From: a bacterium
GTDB lineage: Bacteria > SZUA-182 > DTGQ01 > JAFGSM01
Length of the DNA: 53,575 nt
Assembly: GCA_049472335.1 (NCBI GenBank)
Contig: JBLIRO010000034.1
Location: 1 to 53,575 of the forward strand
Direction: 5' to 3'
Part shown: in pieces, positions 19,962 through 28,717 of the stretch
Layout of the letters: each line of letters starts with the position of its first letter
Position numbering within the stretch: position 1 is the first letter of the stretch
Translations under genes and position numbers: made by a program
Notes under the pieces: model-generated
Database searches by the model: none
The model's input: only the letters and a program-made list of their open reading frames with translations
What the model was told of the DNA's origin: nothing

Positions 19962-21251
19962 TCAAAACCTTACATATTTTATTTCATATCCTTTAATATC
20001 CGGAGAGTGAAAGGGATCAAAGTCAAATCCTGCAACGATCTCCCGGATTTGTTGATTTTCCTCTTCATAGCTTAAGCTTTGAATCCCTTCTTCTGTAATG
20101 TCATATTTATATGAGGCCTTTTCATGGAAAAAAAGATGGGAAAAATAGATATTGTCACAACTGTCTAAATTGAGGCTATTGATAATACGTATGGATTCTT
20201 CCAAATGTTCATCATAAAATCCCTTTCCACCCAATCCTGCTATCAGCATTATCCCTAAAGAGATACCAGCCTCCTTGATTCTGTTGGTCATCTTTATGAC
20301 ATCCTCTGCCTTATTACACTTTTTGATAAAGGCAAGCAGCCTATTGGAACCGGATTCCATACCGATATAGATCCTCCTAATATTTCTTTCCTTTAATTCT
20401 CTAAAATCCTTTGTGCTTTTTTGCTTCCCATGGAAGGCATCAATAAAGGAATAGATCCCTCCAAAAGAATGAACCCTATTGGTTGCTTCGGTTGCTTGAT
20501 AAAAATTTTCTTTATTGATTTCCTCATTAAACAAGGGCTTTATCGTGAACTCTTCGTTTATAAAGTCCAGCATTTGAAGCAATACATCTTGTTCTATCAT
20601 CAATGCATTGGCATCTCCCAGGAAGATGCTTCGTCTGTTCAACATGGATTCTCCCAAAAAGGACTTTATATCCCAAATATGCCTTTTTACTTCATTCAGG
20701 TCTTTTATTCTGAAGGGCTTGTCTTTGTAAAATCCACAAAATGTACACTCATTGTAAGCACATCCCTCGGTCAATTTAACAATCAATGGCATGGGAAGGT
20801 CACTTGGAAAGATTTCTATCCGTCCGTATATCGCCTCGAATCTTTTTTTATCCTCTGTGGTTGCTTGATAATCTCTAAAGATTGATTTAGAAATAAATTC
20901 AAGCACTTCTTTTCTATTTGAGGTTACAGAATATCTCTCAAAGCTTCGCGGATCGGATCTAAGGATTTCGATGATCTCTGAAAGGTCCCGGCTCATTTTA
21001 CGATAGAGGATCTCTGCTTCTTTGTCCGTCAATAACCTGGTGTTTCTAAAAATGCCGTCATCCCCTATATCCCACTTTTCAACAAACCTGTTATTAAGGC
21101 TCCTTTCAATCTTTTTATACCCTTTTAGGAGCCATAAAAGCCGTCCGCCATTATCAAAATTGTATTCCCTATTATGGTATCGTATACAGGCAATGTCATA
21201 CGGACAGTGAAGGTTTATGAAATATTTTTTATGATAGCCGACTTCGTTCAC
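19962..21251 (-). CDS. Radical SAM protein of unknown function
   Basis: GCAYNECTFC Cys motif, FLGDANA and YIGMESG. Confidence 0.82.
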   Translation of the reverse strand: MNEVGYHKKYFINLHCPYDIACIRYHNREYNFDNGGRLLWLLKGYKKIERSLNNRFVEKWDIGDDGIFRNTRLLTDKEAEILYRKMSRDLSEIIEILRSDPRSFERYSVTSNRKEVLEFISKSIFRDYQATTEDKKRFEAIYGRIEIFPSDLPMPLIVKLTEGCAYNECTFCGFYKDKPFRIKDLNEVKRHIWDIKSFLGESMLNRRSIFLGDANALMIEQDVLLQMLDFINEEFTIKPLFNEEINKENFYQATEATNRVHSFGGIYSFIDAFHGKQKSTKDFRELKERNIRRIYIGMESGSNRLLAFIKKCNKAEDVIKMTNRIKEAGISLGIMLIAGLGGKGFYDEHLEESIRIINSLNLDSCDNIYFSHLFFHEKASYKYDITEEGIQSLSYEEENQQIREIVAGFDFDPFHSPDIKGYEIKYVRF

Positions 21252-21364
21252 CTTTTCACCTTTAAATCACATTACCTTCTAAACGTAAAGACATTAAAAA
21301 AATCCTGTATTCTCCTGTTAACTCGTTCTATTTTTAATTATAATCATTCCTGTTTAAATTTACA

Positions 21365-21378
21365 TTGACATAAGTCAA
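21365..21378. promoter_or_regulatory. FNR-like palindrome
   Basis: TTGAC-ATAA-GTCAA between the divergent radical SAM and Crp/Fnr genes. It overlaps a possible -35 TTGACA. Confidence 0.45.
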
Positions 21379-21436
21379 ATTTTTGTAAATTCAACGAAAG
21401 AGAAAAAGATGTTATAATGACTTTGGAGAAATATAT

Positions 21437-22126
21437 ATGGAGATCATAGCTCATCTTTCGAAAATTCCTCTTTTTAAAGGGCTTCCCACAACACAGATGG
21501 AAAAACTTACATCTATCGCCATAAAAAAGGGGGTTAGTAAAGGCAAGGTGATTTTTTGGGAAGGAAGTGAAAGTAACGGCTTTTATATTGTGATCTCCGG
21601 TAAGGTGAAAATCTATAAATTATCTTCCGAAGGCAAAGAACAAATCCTTCATTTTTTCGGACCGGGGGAACCTTTTGGAGAGGTTCCGGCATTTACAGGA
21701 GACCGCTTTCCAGCCTATGCTGAGGCAATCAAAGAAACACAGGTTTTATTCTTCCCTAAGGATGCATTTGTGGCTCTGATCAAAAATGACCCGTCACTGG
21801 CACTGAACATGTTGGCTATCCTATCCAGGCGCCTGCAAAGGTTCACGAATGTAATAGAAAACCTCTCCCTTAAAGAAGTCCCGGGAAGATTGGCCGCATA
21901 TCTGCTTTACATAAGTGAAAGTAAGAACGGGTCCGATGAATTCTCTCTGGATATTTCCAAGGGGCAATTGGCAAGCCTTTTAGGGACAATACCGGAAACC
22001 CTTTCACGGATCTTAACCAGGATGGTAAAACAAGGACTTATCAATTCGGACAGCAAACGTTTTATAAAGATAGTGGAAAGGAAAGGATTAGAGGAATTAG
22101 CCAATGGGGAGAGACATTTGGGGTAA
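21437..22126 (+). CDS. Crp/Fnr family transcriptional regulator (HcpR-like)
   Basis: cNMP-binding fold (G.VKIYK...FGE) and HTH LASLLGTIPETLSR. No FNR cysteine cluster. Confidence 0.9.
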   Translation: MEIIAHLSKIPLFKGLPTTQMEKLTSIAIKKGVSKGKVIFWEGSESNGFYIVISGKVKIYKLSSEGKEQILHFFGPGEPFGEVPAFTGDRFPAYAEAIKETQVLFFPKDAFVALIKNDPSLALNMLAILSRRLQRFTNVIENLSLKEVPGRLAAYLLYISESKNGSDEFSLDISKGQLASLLGTIPETLSRILTRMVKQGLINSDSKRFIKIVERKGLEELANGERHLG

Positions 22127-22265
22127 ATTGATTCGGTTTTCTTGAAAAACACTTTTCCTAAGAAAAAGTGTTGATTTTTACACTGATTTGTGTAAAGATT
22201 TTATATTCAATCCATATCATGATTTTCTAAATTTATAATCCATTATAAACATTAAAGGGTAAAAA

Positions 22266-22652
22266 ATGTTCAATTTGCTTAAAGACTCAAGAGGAATGGG
22301 GAAAATAACCGTCATAATCATTATACTGATTATAGCTGCTTCAATATATGTGGGTAAAAAAATAGGGAAACACTATTATGCGTATTATGATTTAAAAAGG
22401 ACCATGGATTTTTGGACGGATCAGTGTCTTACCCGCACTTCTTATGATCACGCCAATCTTGTCAGCAATGTCATGGACACGATCGGAAAACACAATATCC
22501 CTTTGAAAGAAAACGATCTGAAAATCGTTTATGACCGGGAAGAACTGCGCCTAAGCATATCGGCAAAATACAGTGTGAAGGTTGAATTCCCGAAATACAC
22601 TCACACGCTTCACTTTGCGCCCAGTGCGGAACATCAGACAACCCCACCATAA
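22266..22652 (+). CDS. Small pilin-like protein (DUF4845-like)
   Basis: SRG|MG class-III-like leader followed by a hydrophobic helix and a short soluble domain. Confidence 0.6.
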   Translation: MFNLLKDSRGMGKITVIIIILIIAASIYVGKKIGKHYYAYYDLKRTMDFWTDQCLTRTSYDHANLVSNVMDTIGKHNIPLKENDLKIVYDREELRLSISAKYSVKVEFPKYTHTLHFAPSAEHQTTPP

Positions 22653-22661
22653 AATAATAGA

Positions 22662-23050
22662 GGGACGGTGTTAGTTTATTAGTTTAACTCCATTCTCATC
22701 TATATACTATGACGAGTATGTCTTACATTAAAATAGATAGCATATCCTGTTAATAACTTTCTCATTAGTAAAGTTAAAAAGTCTCTTCCCATACTGATTA
22801 ATAAATGAAAATGATTAGGTATTAATGCCCATCCCGGACATTGACAACAGGTTTTTAAACATAGGGATAACCGGCTTATACATTGACTATGACCATATTT
22901 ATCCGTAAATATGTTTTTAGATTATAGCCCCCTTTTAATTACATGACAAATGCAACCGGGCAGGTTTAACTCATTTGTGCCCTGGCATGAGATGATATTA
23001 GAATTAAATGATATGCTTTAAATGTTAAACTAATAAACTAACTCCGTCCC
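22662..23050. mobile_element. Decayed RAYT/Y1-transposase element bounded by 27-bp inverted repeats
   Basis: GGGACGGTGTTAGTTTATTAGTTTAAC (22662-22688) versus its reverse complement at 23024-23050, one mismatch. Confidence 0.8.
22700..22988 (-). pseudogene. REP-associated tyrosine transposase (Y1/HUH) pseudogene, truncated
   Basis: Minus-strand translation across a frameshift and stop: MP...LNLPGCICHVIKRG...WALIPNHFHLLI...LMRKLLTGYAIYFN.RH, with the HUH motif NHFH. Confidence 0.8.
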
Positions 23051-25455
23051 CCATCATTAAGAGGTGAATAACGATCGAGTCTTTGCCGCAAGATCTTTAT
23101 TTTCTCGATTAACTTTTCATAACGCTGAGGTTCTTCCTCTTTATCTATTTCAGAAAGCCTCTCTGTGTATATCCTTTCCAGGACCTTTGCTATAGGAATA
23201 TCAAAGGGTACATAATTGCTCAATTCTTCCCACAAGTCCTCAAGCTTTTCCCTGCTTTCACCATAATTATCCATGCGAAGCAAAATTCCTTTCGCAAGAG
23301 TCAATTCCGGATGCCCATATTTATTTAAGTCTATTCTATTCCCGGAAGCATAAAGGTATTTTCGTGTACATAAGACTTCTGTCAAAGGCCGAACCGCATT
23401 AAGCGTATCTCCCAGTTGCAGGTGGGCAAGGCCGCCATAAAGCGAGCTATAATAAACGCCGGCTCGTTTCAGACGATCAAGGCCCTGCTCGAGATGACCG
23501 GATGAAAGATCTATCATGCCTGAGACGTCCAGCATCGAATAGCTTATTTGCCCCTCTCTATCAATCTCCTCAATGATATGTTGAACCAGGTCAAGCCTTT
23601 TGTGCCCTATCAGATAATAGATACTATTTTCAAGGGCTAAATCTCTTTCTGAAGTGCTATTATTATGGTATTGTCCCCAGCGATGAACTCCTTCATCAAA
23701 ATCATCGAGAAAATATTGTTTCATAGCATTGATGATGACCTCAGAATCATATTCTTTTTCAATACTTCCTCTTAATCCGGGAAAGGTACAATATAAAATC
23801 GTAACAGGGGGAAAAAATTCCCCTGTATCTCCGGCCGCTGCATAAAGGTGAGGGATAGAGATCGATTCCTTTGGCTTGTCAAGGTAATGAAGCTGGAAAT
23901 GCAGATATTGAGGGCTCAATTTCTTAAGCCGGTAATAGATGTGCTGTGGAATATATTGCGCTTTCTCGTCCGGATAAACCAGAATAAGGGTGGTCGAATC
24001 TCTCTTCCAAATTTTGATGAAATCTTCTGATAGATAATCCTCCCATATACTTGGTGTGCTCATGTCATAGGTAACGAAGGTCTCCAGTGTCTCGTCATAC
24101 CCGAAAATAACAAACGCGTGCTGTGGCACATAGACCATCACGGGAAATCCGGCATCTATACACTCCTTGATATCCTCTATACTTGCCATGGGGAGAAAAT
24201 CATGATTAAAATCCATCTGATGGGCAAACCACGCCTGTTCAACAGCGTAGGTGCCACCTCCGAGTCTGGTGATCTTTGATCCTATTTTTTTGGCATTAAT
24301 GTCTGCTCCCCAATACCGCATAACCAGGGCTAATGAGTTGGGGACACAATATGCAGCTTTGTGCTCGGTGTTCATGTCAATCCCCGGCAATACCACACGG
24401 CTTTTCTCTATTGATTTTGTGAGGTTATCAAGGAACCTGTTTGCCTTTTTAACCAAATATTGATTTTTATTGTTTTTTACAACAACACCCCTGAATCCTC
24501 GTTGCGCCTTTATGTCATTCCCCAATTTGTGGTTTAAGAGTGCAGCACGATATTGAAGATATGAAGTGATCTGGTTTGTAGCTTCTTTCTCTAATCCAAG
24601 TTCATAGAACCACAAGGCCCTTTGAGGTAATCCCTCTCGCTCGAAATGCTGTCCAGAGGCAAGAAAAACATCCGAGGTATATCCGAACAGGATTGAAATG
24701 GTGAAGGCAGCCATAATATTAATGACCATTACCTGTAAAACGCGATGTACTTTTTTCCATGGCCGCTGTGCTGAGATGATATAATAGAGGAGAAAGTTTA
24801 CCCACAAGCAACCGATGAAAAAACCGGCTATAATAAGAGGGGTGACAGATGACAACAAGCCCTTACCGGTTGCCGCATTGGCCTGAAACGAGGGGAACAC
24901 GATGAGACCCTCAATAGCCATAGCCCAGGTAAAATAAGCCCATAACAGGATAAAGCCATAAAGAATCCCCCGGGAAGGAGTGATGTTGGGCTTGAACCGG
25001 CCCAGGAATCCTCCGGCTATAATACCTGAGAATATAATGCAAATCGTGCTTAATACAATGCGAGTCACTGCATAATAATCCAAAAAAATCACCGGAAGCA
25101 GAGTGGAAAACAGCTTGTCCATAAAAAGCAGATATAAAACAGAGGTCATTGCTCCCAATATTCCGGCAATAAAAGCGCCACCAGCCATTCCAACCACTAT
25201 GTTTCGGAATTTGCCCTGCTCTTTATGAGGGAGAGGATATTGTGCTTTATATTCACGGAAAGGAACTTTTAACAAAACAGGGAGGGCTATGCTCACTAAA
25301 ATGTGAATGCCCAGCAGAGTGAGAGCTGCCCAGTACCACTCTATGGGCCAAAAAATCATTAAGACAAAAAGCAAAAGTCCAAAAGCAGCTAGAGAAATGC
25401 CCACGGTCCATCCGGTCTTTCTATAATCACAATGGCAGAGTATATTTCCCGCCAT
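23038..25455 (-). CDS. Polytopic membrane protein with TPR and C39-like cysteine peptidase domain
   Basis: About 7 TM helices and a TPR-like segment. YCVPNSLALVMRYWG (Cys), PQHAFVIFGYD (His), TYD (Asp). The true start is uncertain. Confidence 0.75.
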   Translation of the reverse strand: MAGNILCHCDYRKTGWTVGISLAAFGLLLFVLMIFWPIEWYWAALTLLGIHILVSIALPVLLKVPFREYKAQYPLPHKEQGKFRNIVVGMAGGAFIAGILGAMTSVLYLLFMDKLFSTLLPVIFLDYYAVTRIVLSTICIIFSGIIAGGFLGRFKPNITPSRGILYGFILLWAYFTWAMAIEGLIVFPSFQANAATGKGLLSSVTPLIIAGFFIGCLWVNFLLYYIISAQRPWKKVHRVLQVMVINIMAAFTISILFGYTSDVFLASGQHFEREGLPQRALWFYELGLEKEATNQITSYLQYRAALLNHKLGNDIKAQRGFRGVVVKNNKNQYLVKKANRFLDNLTKSIEKSRVVLPGIDMNTEHKAAYCVPNSLALVMRYWGADINAKKIGSKITRLGGGTYAVEQAWFAHQMDFNHDFLPMASIEDIKECIDAGFPVMVYVPQHAFVIFGYDETLETFVTYDMSTPSIWEDYLSEDFIKIWKRDSTTLILVYPDEKAQYIPQHIYYRLKKLSPQYLHFQLHYLDKPKESISIPHLYAAAGDTGEFFPPVTILYCTFPGLRGSIEKEYDSEVIINAMKQYFLDDFDEGVHRWGQYHNNSTSERDLALENSIYYLIGHKRLDLVQHIIEEIDREGQISYSMLDVSGMIDLSSGHLEQGLDRLKRAGVYYSSLYGGLAHLQLGDTLNAVRPLTEVLCTRKYLYASGNRIDLNKYGHPELTLAKGILLRMDNYGESREKLEDLWEELSNYVPFDIPIAKVLERIYTERLSEIDKEEEPQRYEKLIEKIKILRQRLDRYSPLNDGGRS

Positions 25456-25511
25456 AGGACCTGATGCTGCCGGTCCTGCAACAAGGGTTACAGGTATCAG
25501 CCATAGAGGAT

Positions 25512-28199
25512 TTAAAGGGTGATTGGATTTAATTTGCCTATCCCTTCTTTCATGATTAAATGTTGCGCTTCTTCTTTGATTTCATTACCAGCATCGATCC
25601 GGGCCGCCCATTCAAGGGCCCTTGCCGCATCATCTAATTTTCCTTCTTCGAGTAGTAATCTGCCGTATCGTAAATGATAAACAGGTCTGAAACAACACAA
25701 ATCTATTGCCTTTTCGTAATTCTTTAATGCCTTTTTGATTTTTCCTTCTTTTTCAGCTATAGCTCCCAGACAAAAGTAAAGATCCCCATGACCTTTCAAT
25801 TCCGATGTATCTGTTTTTTGGAATATGGATTTTGCCTTTTCGTATTGGTTAAGGAGGATATATCCTTTTGCCAGACGGAGTCTTGCCTGATCGTTGAAAG
25901 GATTTGCGGATATGTATCCCTCCAATGCTTCCACCATGCCCGGCATATTATCTACAAATTCATAAGCATTGGCCAAAGACTCCCATCCGTAATCGCCAGT
26001 ATTACCCGGGTCCGCCGATAGCCTGTTTTTTAATATGTTTATATATATTTGAAACTCAACGGGATCGTTCTTATCGAGTATTTCTGTATACATTTGTAAA
26101 ATCATCCACGGGATTTCACCATTCTGGAGGTCTTTTTCAAAACTCTCTTTAGCTCTATCGAGGAAGGCTTGATTCTCAGAATCGGAGAAATAGTGAAATA
26201 TTCCGGCTATATCCGGGAATTGATTTTGTAAGGGAATGTTGCTCAATATGAAATCATCCCCCCTGTTCTGCCAGTAAACATTGGCAACATGAGCTATGTA
26301 CAGGGGTAATGGATCAGAAATCTTCTTTACGGAGGTTTTGGCCCATTCAACCGCGTTAACAAAATCCGCCTGGTCGAGGAACCTAAGGCCTATAAGGGTG
26401 CTGAGATATCCGTCACTTTCTTTTTTGAGCTTTGCCTGATCCATATTTAACGCTGCTGAAACCAGTTCTGAGTTGCCGGCAGGGAAGATAACGGCCATCA
26501 GGGGACCATCATTTTTCAGGTGCAATGCATTGTCCCATAGATCAAAGGGATACTCCTCATATGCCTCATTCCGGAGACGTATACGTCTCAACCGGCTCTC
26601 CCCGTATCCTTCTTCCTCAATAAGCAGAATCTCCTTAGACTCTTTACGGATAGATTCCCTGAACCTTTTTGACAGTTTACTTAAGTCGTACCCGGAGAAC
26701 AATGACCGGCCTTCATCAAAGTCATATAAAATCAAAAAGTCGTTATTATATTGATGAATAACAGGTATCCCTTCACGAACCAGATCTTTTGCCCTGTTCA
26801 GATCAGAAGAAAGGATGAATACATCATAATTTCCAAGAATCCCAGCCACATCATCAAGAGCAATAAAGTCTTTCAAAGGCCTTAGGCTAATCCTTTCATC
26901 ACTTTGCGAAAGTTTTTTGAGCTTGATCTCCAATTCAGATTCAGATATCCCCTGACCTTCCCAGTACCATATAACGGACAAAAGGGTCATCCAATTTGCT
27001 GTCAGATAAGGTGAATAGTCAACCAAAGGGATCTGTAACGCGGGTCCGGGAACAGGTTCATTAAAACGCGGATTAGCAAGAGCAGTCCGGGCAAGAGAGA
27101 CAGCCCAGAACCATTTATTTGATCCCGGGTACCGGTCTATTATTTCAGCATATAAAGCCTTTGATGCCTCGAAATCTCTTTGCTCATATAGATAGCTTGC
27201 ATGGGAAAGGGCTATTTGTGGCCATTTTTCATGATTCGGATACCTTTTGAGTAATACAAAGGCCCGCTTATGGGCTGTGGACCGAGCGCCGCCATCCGGC
27301 GAAGACATTTCATAAATTATATGGGGCTGTATAAGATCCATTCCCGAGGCAATATGCATTCCCATAAGTATTGAAACAATGAATAATAATGGAACAACCA
27401 ATTGTCGCTTCATAAAGGAACTAATAGAATCGGGACTTCCTAAAAAGAAGGGCATAATAGTCAATAAAAGAATAAATTGAAAATAGAAAAATTGTGTCAA
27501 ACTCAAACCGGGCAGTATTTCAACCCATGGAGGAATCAAATGCCAGTTTAGGTAATTAGATTTCAGAATGGATGTCAGGATTGCATAATAGAGAACACAC
27601 TGAATTATCATGGAAAAAAATCCGGCGAGATAAGTAAAAACATCCGAGATTCTGAATCCTTTCCCTTTCCTGGCCCACCAAAAACCAACAATAAGGCCGC
27701 TTGGCACTCCGTATATCCCATATCTTATAAACTCCAAAAGTATTGTTGAATAACCGGGGATATCCCATGATTCCCCCCCTATGAAATTAAGCATAAAGAC
27801 AACAGATCCCATAGAGAATCCAAGAAGTGCACCGGTCATCATGGGTGGAGCCCAGGTCTTCCATTCAATGATCTCCGGCCTTTTACGAATTTTATGCCCT
27901 GTTATATAATATCGGGATGACCATAACCATGCGAAAAATGCCCATACGCCATTAATAAAATAGACAATAAGGGTTAATGCCCGCCATCTCAGTGTACATT
28001 GAAAAAATATCCAGTTAAGGACAAGAAAAAGTAGTATGTTAATGATAAAGATCAGGAAAGCCGTACGTTTTTTCTCCTGCCTATAGAGTGACCAGGAGAT
28101 AATCATCCATGGCACCAAACCGGATATGACCAGACCTATGATAATTATCGCATACCAAGGCAGATGGGTCTGTATGTTTTTTTGGTCTTGTGAGGACAT
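25512..28199 (-). CDS. Polytopic membrane protein with TPRs and degenerate C39-like domain
   Basis: TM block and TPR, then a C39-like segment (LLSVIWYW...GIPVI...LYDFDE...YD) lacking catalytic Cys/His, then C-terminal TPRs. Confidence 0.7.
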   Translation of the reverse strand: MSSQDQKNIQTHLPWYAIIIIGLVISGLVPWMIISWSLYRQEKKRTAFLIFIINILLFLVLNWIFFQCTLRWRALTLIVYFINGVWAFFAWLWSSRYYITGHKIRKRPEIIEWKTWAPPMMTGALLGFSMGSVVFMLNFIGGESWDIPGYSTILLEFIRYGIYGVPSGLIVGFWWARKGKGFRISDVFTYLAGFFSMIIQCVLYYAILTSILKSNYLNWHLIPPWVEILPGLSLTQFFYFQFILLLTIMPFFLGSPDSISSFMKRQLVVPLLFIVSILMGMHIASGMDLIQPHIIYEMSSPDGGARSTAHKRAFVLLKRYPNHEKWPQIALSHASYLYEQRDFEASKALYAEIIDRYPGSNKWFWAVSLARTALANPRFNEPVPGPALQIPLVDYSPYLTANWMTLLSVIWYWEGQGISESELEIKLKKLSQSDERISLRPLKDFIALDDVAGILGNYDVFILSSDLNRAKDLVREGIPVIHQYNNDFLILYDFDEGRSLFSGYDLSKLSKRFRESIRKESKEILLIEEEGYGESRLRRIRLRNEAYEEYPFDLWDNALHLKNDGPLMAVIFPAGNSELVSAALNMDQAKLKKESDGYLSTLIGLRFLDQADFVNAVEWAKTSVKKISDPLPLYIAHVANVYWQNRGDDFILSNIPLQNQFPDIAGIFHYFSDSENQAFLDRAKESFEKDLQNGEIPWMILQMYTEILDKNDPVEFQIYINILKNRLSADPGNTGDYGWESLANAYEFVDNMPGMVEALEGYISANPFNDQARLRLAKGYILLNQYEKAKSIFQKTDTSELKGHGDLYFCLGAIAEKEGKIKKALKNYEKAIDLCCFRPVYHLRYGRLLLEEGKLDDAARALEWAARIDAGNEIKEEAQHLIMKEGIGKLNPITL

Positions 28200-28717
28200 G
28201 TTATGGATTACTCAAACTATCGATTTATTTTCTATCTATTTTCTGTTTTATTAAATAGTATATACGTTACATAAGAGTTTATCCACTATTAATTTCCACT
28301 ATAATTTCCACATCCATTTTTTTATAATTTTTTAGGGTTATTCGGGGTTTTCCGAAATTATTTTATCCGCTGAAATTCAATTAAATAACTTTTTTGTTTA
28401 TTTATGAAAATAAGTCTGTAAAACAAGCTAATTGTCAGAGCTGAAGGGATTGAGGCTTGAGGCGAAAAATCATCGGCCAGGCTATTTCAACCTTTTCATA
28501 AACTCCGGAATATGTTTAATGCAGAAAAGAAATATTGAGATGTAGCCTTTAATTTTATAAAATAGTTTCTATACTTATATTTTGGATGATTATATAAACA
28601 TTTTAAATTTTATAATAGATTAAGACAATATATTTAATAAAGGTCTTGCTTAATTCAGCCTTTAATATTAATCAATGATTAAATATCAAGAATATTTCTC
28701 GTTCGGAGGATTACATA

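Noticed and set aside
22148..22196. Two short palindromes upstream of the pilin-like gene
   Set aside because: AT-rich, with no second copy noticed; cannot distinguish operator, terminator or chance.
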